A stretch of DNA of 60,667 nucleotides, the filler included, from Catajapyx aquilonaris (lineage: Eukaryota), in the NCBI GenBank assembly GCA_000934665.2. It is 2 parts of 2 records of this genome, joined end to end, with 100 filler letters (N's around TTAATTAATTAA, not from the genome) between each part and the next. Parts side by side here need not be neighbours in the genome. Positions count along the whole stretch, not along the records: positions 30,388 to 60,667 come from KZ539191.1; 1 more part is not named here. The stretch is one strand, 5' to 3'. The position numbers were made by a program, and so were the translations under genes. The notes under the pieces are model-generated. The model was given only the letters and a program-made list of their open reading frames with translations, did not search any database and was not told the origin of the DNA. Shown here piece by piece: positions 36,657 through 51,481 of the stretch (its first letter is position 1; the number at the start of each line of letters is the position of its first letter).

Positions 36657-39545
36657 TGTGCAGTCCGCATGCACAGCAACCCATAGTTCGATGTTTTAAT
36701 GACACTCCGTTGATCATTTCTTTTGCAAAAATTCATTTTCCAAAATTTCCACTCAGTAACACCCACGATTCTGATGAGTTTGGAAATCATTATTGTTAGA
36801 AAACAGCCTAATTCCATCTCTCTAGTCCTTGTACTATCCTGACTGTTAAGAGCAACCCTTCCGCCTCTTTTATGCAACGGGAAGTCTGACGTGCAGGGGC
36901 AATTTGTCCTACCCACCGAAGAAGGAAGGAAAAACTCTTCATCCTTGCTTCTAGAGCAACCCTTGCGCCTCATCTGAACAACTGGAAGCCTCAATTCAGG
37001 GGCCATCTTGTTGCAGATAAGCTTTATTTTTGGTAAGAAGCAAAATAGAAAATGTTGAAAATGTTTGTGCAAAAAATGTGCTGTAATAATTATTTAGTTA
37101 TTCAGTAAAATTAATCGCTTATGGCTTAGTGTGTACCTCTCGTTTAATTGAATCGGAGGTCGACACGTCCCTCAACACAATGTCATTTGATGTACCACCA
37201 AGTGGTGTACTAGTTATACTGTACAAACTTTCTGCGACCCAATATTGATAGTTTAAAGTGGTCAGGTAGAAAGTTGAGTATCAGCGCGTCATCAATAATC
37301 ATCCCAAGCGGTCATTCCAGTAGCCAATTTGTGGAAGGTGTCGAGTAGGGATACCTATGCATATGATAGCATATATTTCCAGGAAGAAGAGGGCAAACTC
37401 CGTCTAGAAAACGCAAGGCAGGAAGACGCAAGATTCGGTGCAGGTAGTTAATACATGGGTCTACTTACAAGTTTCTGTCCTCGTTGAAGCATACAAACGA
37501 CTCGGAGGCCCGTTCGCCGCCTATTTCTTGCAGTTATAAATTATGACTGGCTTCAACAACATTTTCCGACATGGAACTCGACTTTCTCGCGCCCCCATTT
37601 TCTTTACCTTTTCCGCGCTTGACGAATAATCAAGGCTTCCCTTCGTCTCTTTTCAGCCAAAGAGAAAAGGGGAGAAGAGGAGAAGGTGCAGCTGTCAGTT
37701 TTTGGAAAGGAAGTTTTGGGGGGGTCCCCTCGTGGGCCGAGTTTTTTCAAGCGTCAGCGATTGCGCCATTGTACTTTTCCCTACACCACACAGAAACTGC
37801 CTCCATATTGCCGAGTTGGTGGTTTTCCCATCGGGGCCGCCATTTGTCAAAATTAGCAGCCAGAGTAATGGTCGACTAAACAGGAAGAGAAAGAGTGGAG
37901 TGAGCGGGGAGGGGTGCAAGGGAGTAATGTGGAACCCAACATTGCGCCTGGTCTATCTTTACCCCTTTTCGCAGCTTTCCTTGGGAAATCAATATGAATG
38001 GAGGAGTTTCAAAGCTTCAGGAAGTGGCCATAGGGAAACCCGAGCAAGGAAGCTGCTTGCATCCTATATTATGCACTCAACAGGAGTGCTAACTTCAATC
38101 CATTTCCCAGAAACTTGTTTTCTATCCTGATGAATTCAAACGAAGAGATTTCCATGGCGAATATGTTAAGTGACATGAAAAAATCAGGCAGATGACATGG
38201 TGTTGAAAACACAACTGAAGCTTAATATCTCTATAAGTTACATGTCTTACATACCAGGCATATTCTTCTTCTTCCATTCTCACTTTTTCTCTCGGAGATA
38301 ATATAGCCACGTAATGCCTGGCGTACTCTACATTCCCTACCTGTGTGCCAGTATATTTAACTGTGTGGTTTGTGTGTGAACTTACATTAGAGTACCTGTA
38401 TGTTTTCAATTTTTGGGTACTGTACAAACAGTACAGGGAAGACACCCGAGGCCACGGCGGAATTTTATACTAAAAGTAGCACTTTTCAGTATAAATTATA
38501 CATATCCTAAATGTCTCTAACAACTACAGTGTTTATGACTGCATTAGGAGAATAATGTTACTACAACTCATATTAAATACCCTATAAAATATTGCAGCAA
38601 TGTCTCATAAAATGGCCTGAAATCCAATTTCATTCGATCACTCTGCCTGGAAAGTTATATTGGAAGAGCCCATGCAACTAAGACCAAGAGGCATCAACAG
38701 GTCATTATCTACTTTGATCGAACTAAATGCAGAGGCGAGAGCTCAGGCATGTTGGCTAATTTATACGTTCCGTTCAAAGTTGTGTAAGATCACTTACCCA
38801 TTCATTGGCAATGCTTAACACTGTTATTAAATAAATTCATAAATCGGAGAATGGATATGTTTGTGTTTAAGTGACGGCACACAACATTACATGCAGCATT
38901 ATATACTCGTAGTTAGATAACATCCAGGAATTTCGCCCAGGATGTTCCAAGTGGTACGAACTCCCTCCCATACCTGTAGCTTACTTGTTATCTTCCAATC
39001 CCAAATTACCCTAGTCGATGTCAACTCCCCTGAAAGATAATTGCATCATAAGTTCAGTTTTGTTATACATGTGAGTAGGCTAACAAGGTCATCCTGCCAA
39101 TTTTTCTACTTTCAGAGTTACATGGGTCACCTGATGAGAATGGCATTCTCTCTCCCAGCCTTGGATGTGGCAAAACAAACATTAACATGCGATTGCCGAA
39201 GTAGCCAAAATCGAGTAGAAATTTTTTTTAATGGGAATATCGCAAGAAACCTACATTTCAGGGGTGTGTGCTCATAGGCACACCGTAACACAATCACTAA
39301 TGAAGATGAAGTAACTTTTCAGATCCCTACCAATCATTTGAATATTTCAATACTTGTTGTGTTAGAGGTATCTGGCCTTAAATTTTTCTCTAATTACTGT
39401 ACTTTGGCAGTGACGGGCGCTTTTATGACTGTAACACTCCCCGTTCCGTCTACTTGACCTACTACCTGTCAAAAAAGTTTTGGCCAACGGTATCCTGGTG
39501 CTATACAACCATCAGCACTCGCCAAGGTAAAGTCCGCGAAAAAAA

Positions 39546-39599
39546 AACACTGGCATGCATAGCGACAAGACATATCCTGTTGCTATGCATGTCAGTGTT
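39546..39599. repeat. Short imperfect hairpin
   Basis: AACACTGGCATGCATAGCGACA ... TGTTGCTATGCATGTCAGTGTT. Confidence 0.75.
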
Positions 39600-42500
39600 G
39601 TCCGAACCTTATTTGACGGATACTATATGATACATAAGCCTACCACGATTGTAATTTTCTCATTAGCTTATGGCATTATATCTTAATACTGTAACAGTAT
39701 AGCAGATTGTTTTCCCTACGGTACAGCTACAATAAAATCATCAATATTATTAATTACCTATGCAAAGTACACCACCCAACAACGGACTATTACAGTGTGT
39801 CAACAGTCAATAATTATTGTAGTTAATGATTGTAATCAATTATGTAATGCAATTGCGATATCAAGAGTCGCACGTGCAGTTTCACAAGCGTAACTCCATT
39901 TGGGTGTACAAGTTGGCAAATGAGTTCCAAACTGATTTTATCTGCTGTAGAATAACAGCCGTGTAGAAGCTGGCCTAATGAAATACAGGGTATCCCAACC
40001 CCAGCCCCTTTTCCGTGTGCATGCCTTTCTCCCAATAAGGTGGAGGTGTCCCTCCTTAATGACTTTCGTTCCTCCTTAGTCTCTGTCGTCCTCGTTGTGC
40101 CCAAAGCAATCCGAAGTAGGAAGCTAACAGGTCGTGAGAGGAATTGTCGTGCCCTCATCCAACAGCAGTGCCACTCCCTCCCTATTATCTTCACCAAGTC
40201 TTGCCTCAGATGAAGACGCAGCTCCATCTCCCTAGGGCTTCTCTTTCCTTTTTTACAGCCACCTCCGCTTTCTTTTTCCTTCAGCAAGACTGTACTACAC
40301 TTGAGATATACACTCGGGGGCTAATGAAGAAAACGCGGCCTACTGCGGTCGACTCTGCAACTTCTAATGTCGCCCTGAAGAAACACTAGGGTTATACTCG
40401 GGGCACTTAAGGTACAAAAGTCAAAAAAGGACCGAGAGAGAGTAAGGTCCCATAAAAGCTCTTCAAAAGACTTTCAAACGGTTAGTGCGTTGATTGCTTC
40501 ATTTCGTGATGCCTTTGTACCTTGCGTAATGGTTTCGGGAGTAAATTGCCGTGTCCATTGATTTCAACCCTCCTGTACGTTACCAGCGGCTGCTTCATAT
40601 TCCTCCCCAAAGGGTGTTAGCGCATTACAGCCTTCGCACCGGCAAACAATAAAACAACAATTTGCAAAAATGCATGGCGCATATAACTTACAACCTGAAT
40701 CTCTGCAATCACATCCACCTCGTTTACTTTAGCGCGGTGCTGCACGCTTATAGTCGGAATAAAATGTTCCGCTCGCAGGGCTGCGAGTAATAACACATAC
40801 CAGAAACCACTGCATTTGCGGGATATACCCACACGGAAGAACTCGGGAACATCCAGGAGTTCGCAGCTGGAAACCACACGAACCCCAGAAGTGGAAGGTA
40901 TTAGTACAGTTAGCTGGGAGCTACTCTATCGACTAGACCTGCGCCGACTCTGGAGCGGCAATGTATGTTAACCCCCGCGGTTATCTCCGGAAGCACCCAG
41001 TTCTCCCCGCACTGGGGCTACTCTACGAAACAAACAACAAAGAAAGAGATGAAGGCTCTGAGGAGGGAGAAAGAGAAGTAGGGAAGGAGAGAGGGAGGGA
41101 GTTCATCAATAATAGGTGAAATTCGGCGCGTGATTTTTGCCGGGGACATCTGGGTTGCAATCCGAAACACGCCTCGTGCCTTTTTAGGCTCAAGCAAGGC
41201 GGAAATAACAACCTTCCGTTGGAAACTCGCTCCCTATCTTCTACCCTCAATGCGGCCTGAGGGAAAGAGAGAAGCAGGATAGAAGAAGTAGCAGAAGAAG
41301 AAGAAGAAAAGAAGCGGCCAAAATCGCGAGGGCGTTGGAGCGAAATTGGACTTTCCCTTTTTGCAACCAACTCTCGGAACGTATGCGGACGGAGAAGGAG
41401 CAACAAGAAAGACTGCGCAGTGAGAGCCAAGAGAGTGGGGTTTTTTTTTGTTCAAGTTGCGCTGTGGAAGTGGCACAGAAATTGTTTTAATTCTCTCAGG
41501 TACCATTGCAGTGAATAGGGCATTGATGTTTCCCAGGTAATTTTATACACGGTTAAAGTGCAGTTTGTGTGGCAAGGAAATGATACTACCCAGTAATTGA
41601 GTACACTTTATGTCGCATGAATGCGATGCCTCACGGCATTGTTTCAGTTTCGATATCTGCCTCGAGGCTGACTGAATTGTTGATAAAAGTCTTGATTCTC
41701 CTGCACGTGCCGACAATACAGTAAGTGTATCGCAAAATGCATTATTCTATTTCAAAACACGATTAGACCGCTTTTTGATCAGTAATATCATCTCCATTGA
41801 AGTATGCCTCGCTTTCCATGAAACCTTAGAACAGAGGCATTCACATTGATGACATCGATCCGGTTACCTGTACGTCCTTCATCCCGGTCCAGAAATCCGA
41901 GTGTCTGGCCAGCTTCCCAATAAATGGCTCTCTGATAGAGGCAAGAAAATGAGCGTGAAGGGCAGAGGGCCCGAATCTGGATATCAAAAGGCCCATAAAA
42001 GTGAATTTGTCGAATGGACGTTCCCGGCCTGTATGGTTGGCGGGATATAATCGTGCGTGTATGTAGCACCCCTCCCCATATCGCATCCCAGTTCCAGGTT
42101 GCAATCACCCCTAGCGAATAAACAAGTGGCATGGAATTCGGAATGGTGGGCGTACCCCTTCCGTGCAAGTATGCGTGCCTTGGCCAGCGGGCAAACCCGT
42201 ATACAGTACGTGGAGCAGGCTTGCCCCCTCGCTCCAATCCCCAAAATTCCCGACACTGCTGATGCGACAACGGTTGTTCACCTCGACTAGTGTGCCCCAT
42301 TATGCTATGCTGTTGCCGTGCTATTTCCAACACCATTAGGCAGGCAGTGGCTCGGTCTCTGGCTGGCCCACTCGGGCTACGGCTAAGGAAAGAACCAGAA
42401 GGCCTTCCTTGCCACGAGCGAGGGATTCGCTTGGCTGGATTACAACCTCTCTCTGCTCCCCCTCCTCCCTTCCTTTTATCCTCAACTTGTCTTGTCCTTT

Positions 42501-45500
42501 GTCCCAGCTTCCTTTGCTAACAGGAGACGCCAACCCCCGAGGGCTTCTCATCCTCCCTGACACTCCTTATCGTCACCATGCATTTCCTACATTTCCGGTA
42601 CCCTTCCACAACAACCATCTCGTCGTCATCTCCAATTGCATAACAACGCATCCAGCCCATTATTAGCACCAGCTCATTATTAGTAGGCCTATTATGTGCG
42701 CCTGGAGGTTTGCATATGTGTGCTGCATTTCAATTTACTACCTCTGGGCTGACGTTGGGCGTGTATTATTTCAATATTTGAATACTGTAATTTGCATTCA
42801 TTTCAACGAGGTCCGTGTTCCTTGCCTAAATGATTGGCATAACTTAGCAAAATAAGTATACTCGATTGTAAGTGCCTGGTCAGACAGATGATGAACTAAA
42901 CCATTCCTGCATGTCCAATATTGTGCGAGTCATAATAATTCAAGCCATGTACATTTGGAGTGCCCCACATAATTACGGTACGTCATGCACGAAGGAATGT
43001 GAAGTACTACAATATAAGGGCAGTGTGTATAGTGTATGCTATTTCAGAGACATTTTTGCGACTAATAACACAACACACGCAGGACTTGTTTAGGGATGCA
43101 TATATTAGGTGCGAATGGATATATCAAACGATTGCTTCAACAAATGAAGGCAATACCTGCAGTAAGACAGCACAAAAATAATAAATTCTTAACGTGTTTA
43201 CAATTTTGAAAATATAGCAATACAGGCCTATCTGCAGTTATTTGCCGCAGTTACTGTATAGTGCGGCAGGAAGATCCATAATCATTACGCAAGCAGGTAT
43301 TTAAAAATATCCTCTTCTATTCTAATTATGTACAGTACCTGATCAGTTGTAACATATTAAGTGCAGCATTGCAATGGCTGATTGGCAGGTGGCATTTGCA
43401 GGTGCTATTTGCAGTGAAAAGGCTGATACGTAATTGCTGGCCATCAATTGAAAGCCAGATTGAAGTTACAAATGTTTGGCGTATTGCTGGGCATTAAGAG
43501 CAATATCGAGCTCTATATTGATAATATCATGTTATACCTGTCAGTATTATGCCAATCAAGTAGTATAAGCTAGTCATTAACGGAATATCGGCCCAAGCGT
43601 AAACCTGGTTTTTCACACAGGTCTCTTGTGTAGACGTTGACAAAAAATATGACATGGAAGGTAGAAGCCATAGAAGGATGGTGTTAAAAATTGTTATTAA
43701 ATTTAAAATGAATATCCCATTGCAAAATACAGGATTTGATAAAGCAACCTACCCTAAATGTAATTAGAAAATCTAGCCACATATTTATCCAAATTCGGAA
43801 AATATATTCCTAAAGACGATTCTCAACTAATTCAGTGATGCTTTACCATGTAGCACTCCTTGAGACACTACCTCAGAGCTGGACTCGAGAACAGTTTCTC
43901 ATCAGCTTCTGTAGCGGTCAGTCCCCAGGGCCACTTCCCCGTGTTTGTGGTTAGCTGCAGGGACTCTTTGCCAAAGAATCTAGGTGGGCATTAACCCTAG
44001 AGCATGCACCAAGGGCAGTTTGAATTAGCCCAAGTCCTATATGTTTTGAACAGACCCTTTATCCATGGCACTATTTTTCTCGTTTCGTAATTTATTTGAG
44101 ACAAAAATGTTTAACTTACTTACATTTCATAACGAAAATAAATAAATACCGCTCATCAACTTTCCATACCGTGTATTCCCATCATACCTGGTAGTTGGTC
44201 TTGTCTGCAACACGAGTTTCCTGTTTGTTTGAATTTTTGTGTTGGCCAAACACTCCCTCCCACCCGCTGGTGAAATTGCACTATCATGGGAACTACATTT
44301 AAACGATCGCAATATTACGAATGGAATAAAAGACGGAGTTGGTTGGCGTCCTGCTGGTCTGACACAGGGGATGGTGAGTGAAGTTGCTGAATTGTAATTC
44401 ACAACAAGGGAGAGTTAGTTGGAAGCTCCCGAGAGCGGCCACCTGCAATTGACACAGGGAGTTGCCGCTACCCGGTCAGACCTGGCTCGATGCCGCTTTC
44501 ATATCGCCATGGGAAACTTTTTTTTTCCAGCCCAGGCGAGATGTTAATTGGCATTTGCAAATTATTCCCCTTCCCCGGTGTTATGTACGTAGAGTGTCAA
44601 GTTAGCTATTCGACAGCTGTCTGCCTTTTCAGCCTAGAGCTAACAGCATGTGCTGCACTTCGCCCGAGATTTTATGAAGAGCCCTGAAACCGGTGCAAAA
44701 TCTGGATTTTAGGCTCTAAAACTCAAGTCATAACCAGTAGCAAAACAGTATAATTTTTTTGTACAAACCCAACGCCATATTTCACTATTTATTTCTGCGG
44801 CTCGAAGTTCTCCTGGGTATGAACAAGCGCTCCATTTTCTGGCAGTGATACACAGCGTGCTGACAGTTGCGAGTGGCGTGCCAAGGTACCGGCGCCTTGT
44901 TCCGCACGTACTTTTCTTGTTCCAACTTCGTAACTCGCGTTTTTTTTTACAGCTTGAATCGCAATCGAGTCCGCAGTTCTAGATGATCAGGGAACGAGTT
45001 ACCAGGCAAGTTGACGTTATGCCCGCAAAGTAACACTTTCTTCATTTGTTGTCAGGCATTTCCCTCCGGATATTTTGACGTGAAATCACTACATTTGGAA
45101 AACCAATCATAAGTTGGAAAAGTCAAGAAAAGTCCTTCGCAGATGTTACTCATCGATTCCGGGGATGAAGCTGCCAGGCGGAAAAGTTTGAACTGGTTAA
45201 GCGGAAAGTGTTTGAGTTGCCTCTTTTCGGAGAGGGGCGTAAAGGGAAAAAAAAGTGAGTGGAACTAGGGGTGGATTCGAGCACCAGACTTATTAAATGG
45301 CCTTGCAAATAAGAACCCCCTCCTCTTTTCCCCCATTCCAAANNNNNNNNNNNNNNNNNNNNNNNCCCCCCCTTTCTTCCCTATCCCCCCCCGCAAATTC
45401 GATAGTTGGCATTGTTTTCCCATCAGAGCTGGAGCGATAAGGGAGAGCCGTGGAAGGGGGTTTATGGCGTTGGCGGCGCATGGGCCTCAAAGCCTTTTGC

Positions 45501-45789
45501 CATCTGCGAGGAAAACAGCTGTGGCAGCGGGGCGGACTCCACTGCGAACCTGATTCCCAGCTGTCATGTTCAGCTCTACCCCATTCCCAATTCTGCACTA
45601 TGGCTCCGGTCCCCGACCGACGCCCGAGGCTCTCTGCCTGCTGCCTGCGCTCTATAATAAACCGCCCCAAAAAGGATACGCCCGCCACAGATAACGGAGT
45701 TTTAAATGCAAAAATTATCGTCTGCGGCTACAGAAACCCGCAAGTCAATTTTTCCTGTCTACCTACCAGGACAAAAAAAGGGCGATTGG

Positions 45790-46084
45790 GGAAAACCTGT
45801 AAACTGGGACGAACAGGGTCATGGGTCAGGGTAGATATACTTGCTCATGGTGTGTTTCAGCCTTTCAAGACAGTTGGGATGGTGTGGGTTTGGAGTGAGA
45901 GAGCTGTCGTTATTGAGGCATTTTGTGTGTTCCACATGGGTGGCTAACTCGAGGATCCACCTGAGACGGGGGATGGAGCAGGACCAATTCTAGGCGAAAT
46001 AGAAAAGGGAGTTGGAGTTTGGGATCGAACCTAGAGCTGTTCTATTATGTGAAAGGCATTACCGCTGCGTCGTCTCGTCTCTCC
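45790..46084 (-). mobile_element. Decayed tRNA-headed SINE
   Basis: Minus-strand B-box GGTTCGATCCC at ~46021-46031 preceded by an A-box-like segment; extent of the body uncertain. Confidence 0.4.
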
Positions 46085-48824
46085 AGCATTAGTGTTTGTC
46101 ATCTTTTAGCACCCTTGAAGTTTTCAAACAAGTAAAGCTCTCTTTTATTTACAACAAATGGTACTTTCCATCAAAACCAGAATTTTCAAACAGCAAATCC
46201 AAAGTTTGGCAGGTATGAAAGCGGTTCGATACCTTATTCCAACCCGTGTGTGCATTATTAGTCATCCACCTACAGCGAATACCTTGACTAAACCCGCGAA
46301 CATCCGGTAGCATACTTAAACCATGTCCCTTTACTGACGATATTCCGAAAACGTAGGCCCATAAACCTGAAATTATCGCCGAGAGTTTTGACACACTTCC
46401 AACTTTGCCTTGCATAAAAATAAGTTGGTTCGCACCCTTTTTTCGCGCGATTGACTTTCCATTTCCTTCTGATTGTGACCCGAGCTCCATCAAAAAAGCA
46501 GCCACGGACTAAAGGGTGAAAATAAAGCCAGTGCCATAATCATCGCTGTCACTGGGGTACGAAGTCAGAACATAATGATAACATTATTATTCTATGCCTG
46601 CAGCTTAGAGTACTAAAACACAGATAGAACTACAGTATGGCACTGAATAAACGAAAATCATCAGATAATAACGTTGAACCATGTGAGCTATGAAGTTCTG
46701 TATGCATATTGGCAGCGACTTATAATTGTGAGTGTTATATATTTTTAAATTATTTATAATTTTGTAATATTACTTATAATAGCATTGAAAATCATATTTA
46801 AGAACATAATAATAGGTTCGTAAGTTTCCGTAACCTTCATGTAACTTAGTGGATAGAAGAATTTGGTTACTTTTTAAGATAGCGTTTCCTCTGTGCCCAT
46901 CCTGATTCAATCTGGACTAAACATAATTATTATCGTCCTGCCCATAGATATTAATATCTATGGCCCTGCCTCTTTGCACTGCACTGTTGGCGTCGCTCTA
47001 TATGACCCAGTATAACGCATGCAAATATATTCATACAGGTATGCTAAGGCCAGTGAATTAATTATCGCCTTTAATCGCCAAATATTATCATGTTGGCATA
47101 AAAGAGAGGCGTGTATTCGAACATTTGGAGCTATTTACTGTGGAAATTGACGTGTTTTGAATAATACGGCTTCTCTCGGGATTACAGGACTACTGGTACA
47201 TGCGCTACACAATGGGCAACTCTATCTTTCTAGAAACAAATCAAGAAACATCGTCGAGAAATACTGTACACTGCAGCTGAGAACATGTCCGGAGTGATAA
47301 TAATGCATGCTACAGTTCTGCATTGATGACTCTTGCATGTTTACAGCCTACGCATATGATCTAGTACAGCCCTACATTACCATACATGCGTACAGATGCC
47401 TCATAAATTGCTCATGTATTAAAATTAGCCGTATGATATAGTTGGCGAGTTTAGCCGGAAGCAGATGGGCGTAAGCGGTGCATCCAAAGGGCTGGTGTAT
47501 GCTCAATGTTATGATACCAAAATTGTTCTTTCAGATCGCTTTGCCACATGCGTAATATTGCTAGTATCTGCATCAAAAGAACCCATGCTTACACAGTGTC
47601 CAATCAACTCAAAATATGAAGCATAACTTCCCTCCGCATCATTAATTTTTGCTCACCAATTATGCAATTTTCAAGCACGGTTGAAGGGGGACTGTTTACA
47701 ATTTTGAGCTGTACACGAAAACCAATTAACCTGGTTGACTAATTATTCAAGACTTTGATAACCAACGTTCCAAAAACATAGGCGCTTTAGCCGGCAACCT
47801 ACGAAATACAATTACTATTGAGCCTGGAAGAGAGGATATTCATAACGATCTAATGCTGAATAAGCTATTTTTGAAAGTAAACCTGGACCATTATAAGTTC
47901 TTGACTCAACAACGAGTTGCTTGTGTCAGTGGAGAGAATTTGGATTCAAACAAGAGGGAAAAGTGCGGCAGGCAGTTTCTGCTGACAATGCCTGACCATA
48001 TCTATGTAAATACACTCTGGCCAATCGAGCCCAATCTCTTCCATGCAGCCCAGCTCTTTCTCCCTCACCCCTCTCCAGCCCTCCCTCTCTCTCCCGCATC
48101 CACTGTCTGCTTATTTGCCCCCAATTTGGGCCGACTTAGAGCATGAAAATCTCCTGTACCAAAAGCCACAAAAAAGAATTAATGACCCCCAAAACCGGCT
48201 CCGTTCTTCAGCCAGAGTACGGACGCACATTTTGAGGCTGATGAAAACGAACCTCGTGAATATTGCTGCCCTAGTTGACCTGCAGCCAGTTGAGCGTCGT
48301 GTCAAAGGATTGGAAATTACTTTCCAAATAATCGTTAAAGCGGGCATTTGGCCAATTAGGAACGCGCTTTTGCATCACTTCGTTAAGTAAATCCACATCA
48401 AATAAAGCCGGTCGGATTTAGTTGAACACGGGCTCTTGAACTGTATATCACATCATCGGGATAATGGTTGCCTAATCCTTCTTTGAATATTTTTCCCGGA
48501 GCCACACAGAGACATTACGAGCGCCATTTGATCGCTTGATGAACCACAGGATACGCCTTCGGCGCAAATTCTACACGCTTTGCATTTTAAACACTGCTAT
48601 CTGATTTCATTGTCTTTAGTATTATCTGAAAACCGCTCGAACCTCAAGCTGGTTCATCTGCAGTGAGCTTCAGGCTAAAATACATTGTTTTTTTAAAAAT
48701 ATATATAAGCTTTGAATATAAGTTGCTCGTGGGAAAATTACAGTATGTCATTTGTACTATAAAATAATGTACTGTTATAATGTCACGTCAGATTACAGTG
48801 TCTGAAAGGTTTTATTAAAATTCA

Positions 48825-49122
48825 TTTTACCCCGTTACCGTTAGAGAGAACTGAGCCCTTTCTATGGGGTGGAATACCACCATTTTATATACAATTTTTC
48901 TAGTTTTCTCTTCGATCACCGTGCAAGGACTTGAGGACGTAGGGTAAGGATAGGTGTTTTTGGCGAGGAGACACAGGTGCAAGTGCATTGCCGGAATATT
49001 GGGTCTTGTGCAGTCTCCCTGGGGGTAGATTGCCAGACACCTCCAAGGCGCGGGTCAGAGACCCTCCTGACGCAGTGGAAAGGGAACTCCCGGGTTAGGA
49101 TCGAACCCGGGATCAGCAAGCC
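48825..49122 (-). mobile_element. tRNA-derived SINE, family A
   Basis: B-box GGTTCGATCC at 49098-49107 (minus); body aligns by eye with the copies at 52324-52645 and 60446-60667. Confidence 0.85.
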
Positions 49123-49226
49123 TGTCCTTGCACTATTGAATGATGCATATCACATGGGCGATGGATTTTCATTTAGGCTGTTAGCATAAAAGTCTGAGCA
49201 TGACGTACTGTACCTAGAGGGACAGA

Positions 49227-49676
49227 CCTCTATATTTTGTGTGTCGACCTTGCGGAAAAGATTTTCCTATGAGATTTATCTATGTTAATTGCCTAACAGA
49301 GTAGTTTAGGTAGCCTATATTGTCAGGAAGTGTAGGATTAGTTGCCACGGCATTAAAATCCAACTGTATGTTACTTTTGTTTTTAGTGAGTTGAGATAAA
49401 GTCATTGCAAAAGGTGCAAGTTCTGGGAGAATCACCCAATTACGACTTAGGCCTCTATATTTTGTGTGTCGACCTTGCGGAAAATATTTTCCTATGAGAT
49501 TTATCTATGTTAATTGCCTAACAGAGTAGTTTAGGTAGCCTATATTGTCAGGAAGTGTAGGATTAGTTGCCACGGCATTAAAATCCAACTGTATGTTACT
49601 TTTGTTTTTAGTGAGTTGAGACAAAGTCATTGCAAAAGGTGCAAGTTCTGGGAGAATCACCCAATTACGACTTAGG
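49227..49676 (+). repeat. 225-bp tandem duplication
   Basis: 49227-49451 and 49452-49676 differ at two positions; CCT microhomology at the junction. Confidence 0.95.
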
Positions 49677-49734
49677 CCTACCTTATAATCATACAAGTTG
49701 TCTAGTCTCACAAATCGACCCGAACCGAGCTCAA

Positions 49735-49874
49735 ATGGGGCTCAAATTCCTTTGGCCACTTTATCCTGATCTTGAAGCAACCCTTCACACACACACACAC
49801 TTCCTCACCGTGGGGCCTGTGAGAAGGGTTGCTTCAAGGCCAGGATAATGTGGCCAAAAGAATTTGAGCCCCAT
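49735..49874. mobile_element. 140-bp hairpin MITE-like element
   Basis: Inverted arms of ~55 bp: ATGGGGCTCAAATTC...AACCCTTC / GAAGGGTT...GAATTTGAGCCCCAT. Confidence 0.75.
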
Positions 49875-49911
49875 AGTACATGTGAGGTTCAAAATAATAC
49901 TGTACAGTATA

Positions 49912-49940
49912 TGTTGTTGTTGTTGTTGTTGTTGTTGTTG
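49912..49940. repeat. (TTG)n microsatellite
   Basis: Seen directly. Confidence 0.9.
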
Positions 49941-51324
49941 TGTCTTTTTAATTGAACTTGGTTACTGAGGATTGTGCCAAGGTCCGTCAGAGATTTTAAA
50001 ATATAACTGCAACTATAGGGCTTGTCTGTTAGAGGACCTAATCGAAATTGCGCCTCCAACTTCTCTCGTGCTTGTATGATACAGTACAGTTCAGGCTGAA
50101 GTTTTAAAATGCGACCAGTCGAACCTGGTAGAGGTTGTCGGAAAGAACATCCTGCGCATACAGAGATTGACGATATATGGTACATGTTGCGAGGCAGTTT
50201 GTTTGAAGTAAAGTACATATTGCGAAAATATATGTCATTACACAGATCGCCGTTGGGTTTCTGAGCGCATGTCACATTTTCTTACAATAATGACGTAAAG
50301 AAAATTAGGTATTATTAGTCCCAGTTTCACTACTAAAATGTGAGCCAAGAATTTATCTGTACCGGTATATCATTAAGTTTATTGTTGTCAACCACCCTCT
50401 CGGTCGACGGTCTACCTTCAGCATGAAACTGAACCACTGTATGTATCTACATGTAATTACCCTCTAAGTACACCCTACTAATACACTTTCTCTAATTCCC
50501 TCACCACAGTGCCGGCCTCTTGCACCATCTATCGTTAACACTAAGCACCGTTCGGCACCGTTGATACAGTCCCTTAAATAGTTGAACATCTAGTAGTGCA
50601 CACCCCAATCCATATCTTCAAGTTGCTAAATAATCAACTTGAGTCACCATTAATAATTAAACATTTGCGGGCTTGTGTCCGGTGGGGAATGCTGATGACA
50701 TGCAGTCTCCTACCCAGCTCGCACTTGGAGGAATTCCGCATCAGTGGTAATGAACTCGCGGGAGTTGAGCTAAGTCGGTTTTCGCTCAGAAATGGGGTTT
50801 GGAGTCATTGCAGACGAATTACAACATTTCAGACAGAAGCTTTTAGAGGCGCCCTGCGTAAGTAGTGGCTCGGAAATCCTACCGTTTTCTCGGTTTCATT
50901 GACAGCTAGAATCCTAGTTAGAAGGGAAATGGAACCTTGCAAGGCTGCGTTTACATCACACTGTATGCAAACAGGTTTTGCAAGTAAGGGCTTTTCAGAA
51001 ATCGCATACGTCAGCAGTTTTTTCTAGTCTTAGGCTTCGTATTATTCTCATGTAGTATTTCTCTACAGGACCCACATTTCATAGTTCGAATGCAAATTTC
51101 CATAGTTTATTTTGTGTGTTCATACAAGTATAAGGGGCTATTCAAAACATCCCTCACTTTTCAGTGTGCGCGCACATGCGTACATGCAAGTCTCAATATC
51201 ACAATCATAGGAACCACAACTGTTGAAGAAAGGTACAGTAGATCCAGCAAAGGCGGCTTTGTCTCGGAACAACCCAACGCTATAACTGAGGGCGATTAGA
51301 GGCTAGACAATGACGTGAGGTTGT

Positions 51325-51481
51325 CATCATTTGACAGAATTTGACACAAGGTACTCATAATAATTATGAATACCTTGTGTCAAATTCTGTCAAATGATGT
51401 CGCCCCAAAGACCAGGTATTGTTATACCTTGTGCATAATAAATTATTTATTATGCACAAGGTATAACAATACCTGGTCTTT
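51325..51481. repeat. Two adjacent 75-bp hairpins
   Basis: 51325-51399 has 37-bp arms, a 1-nt loop and one mismatch; 51407-51481 has perfect 37-bp arms and a 1-nt loop. Confidence 0.95.

Noticed and set aside
36629..48390. Longer right-half ORFs (e.g. 39823..40287, 41788..42336, 45450..45947) as host exons
   Set aside because: Low-complexity purine/pyrimidine tracts, no recognisable domains and no consistent splice structure; small real exons cannot be excluded without RNA-seq.
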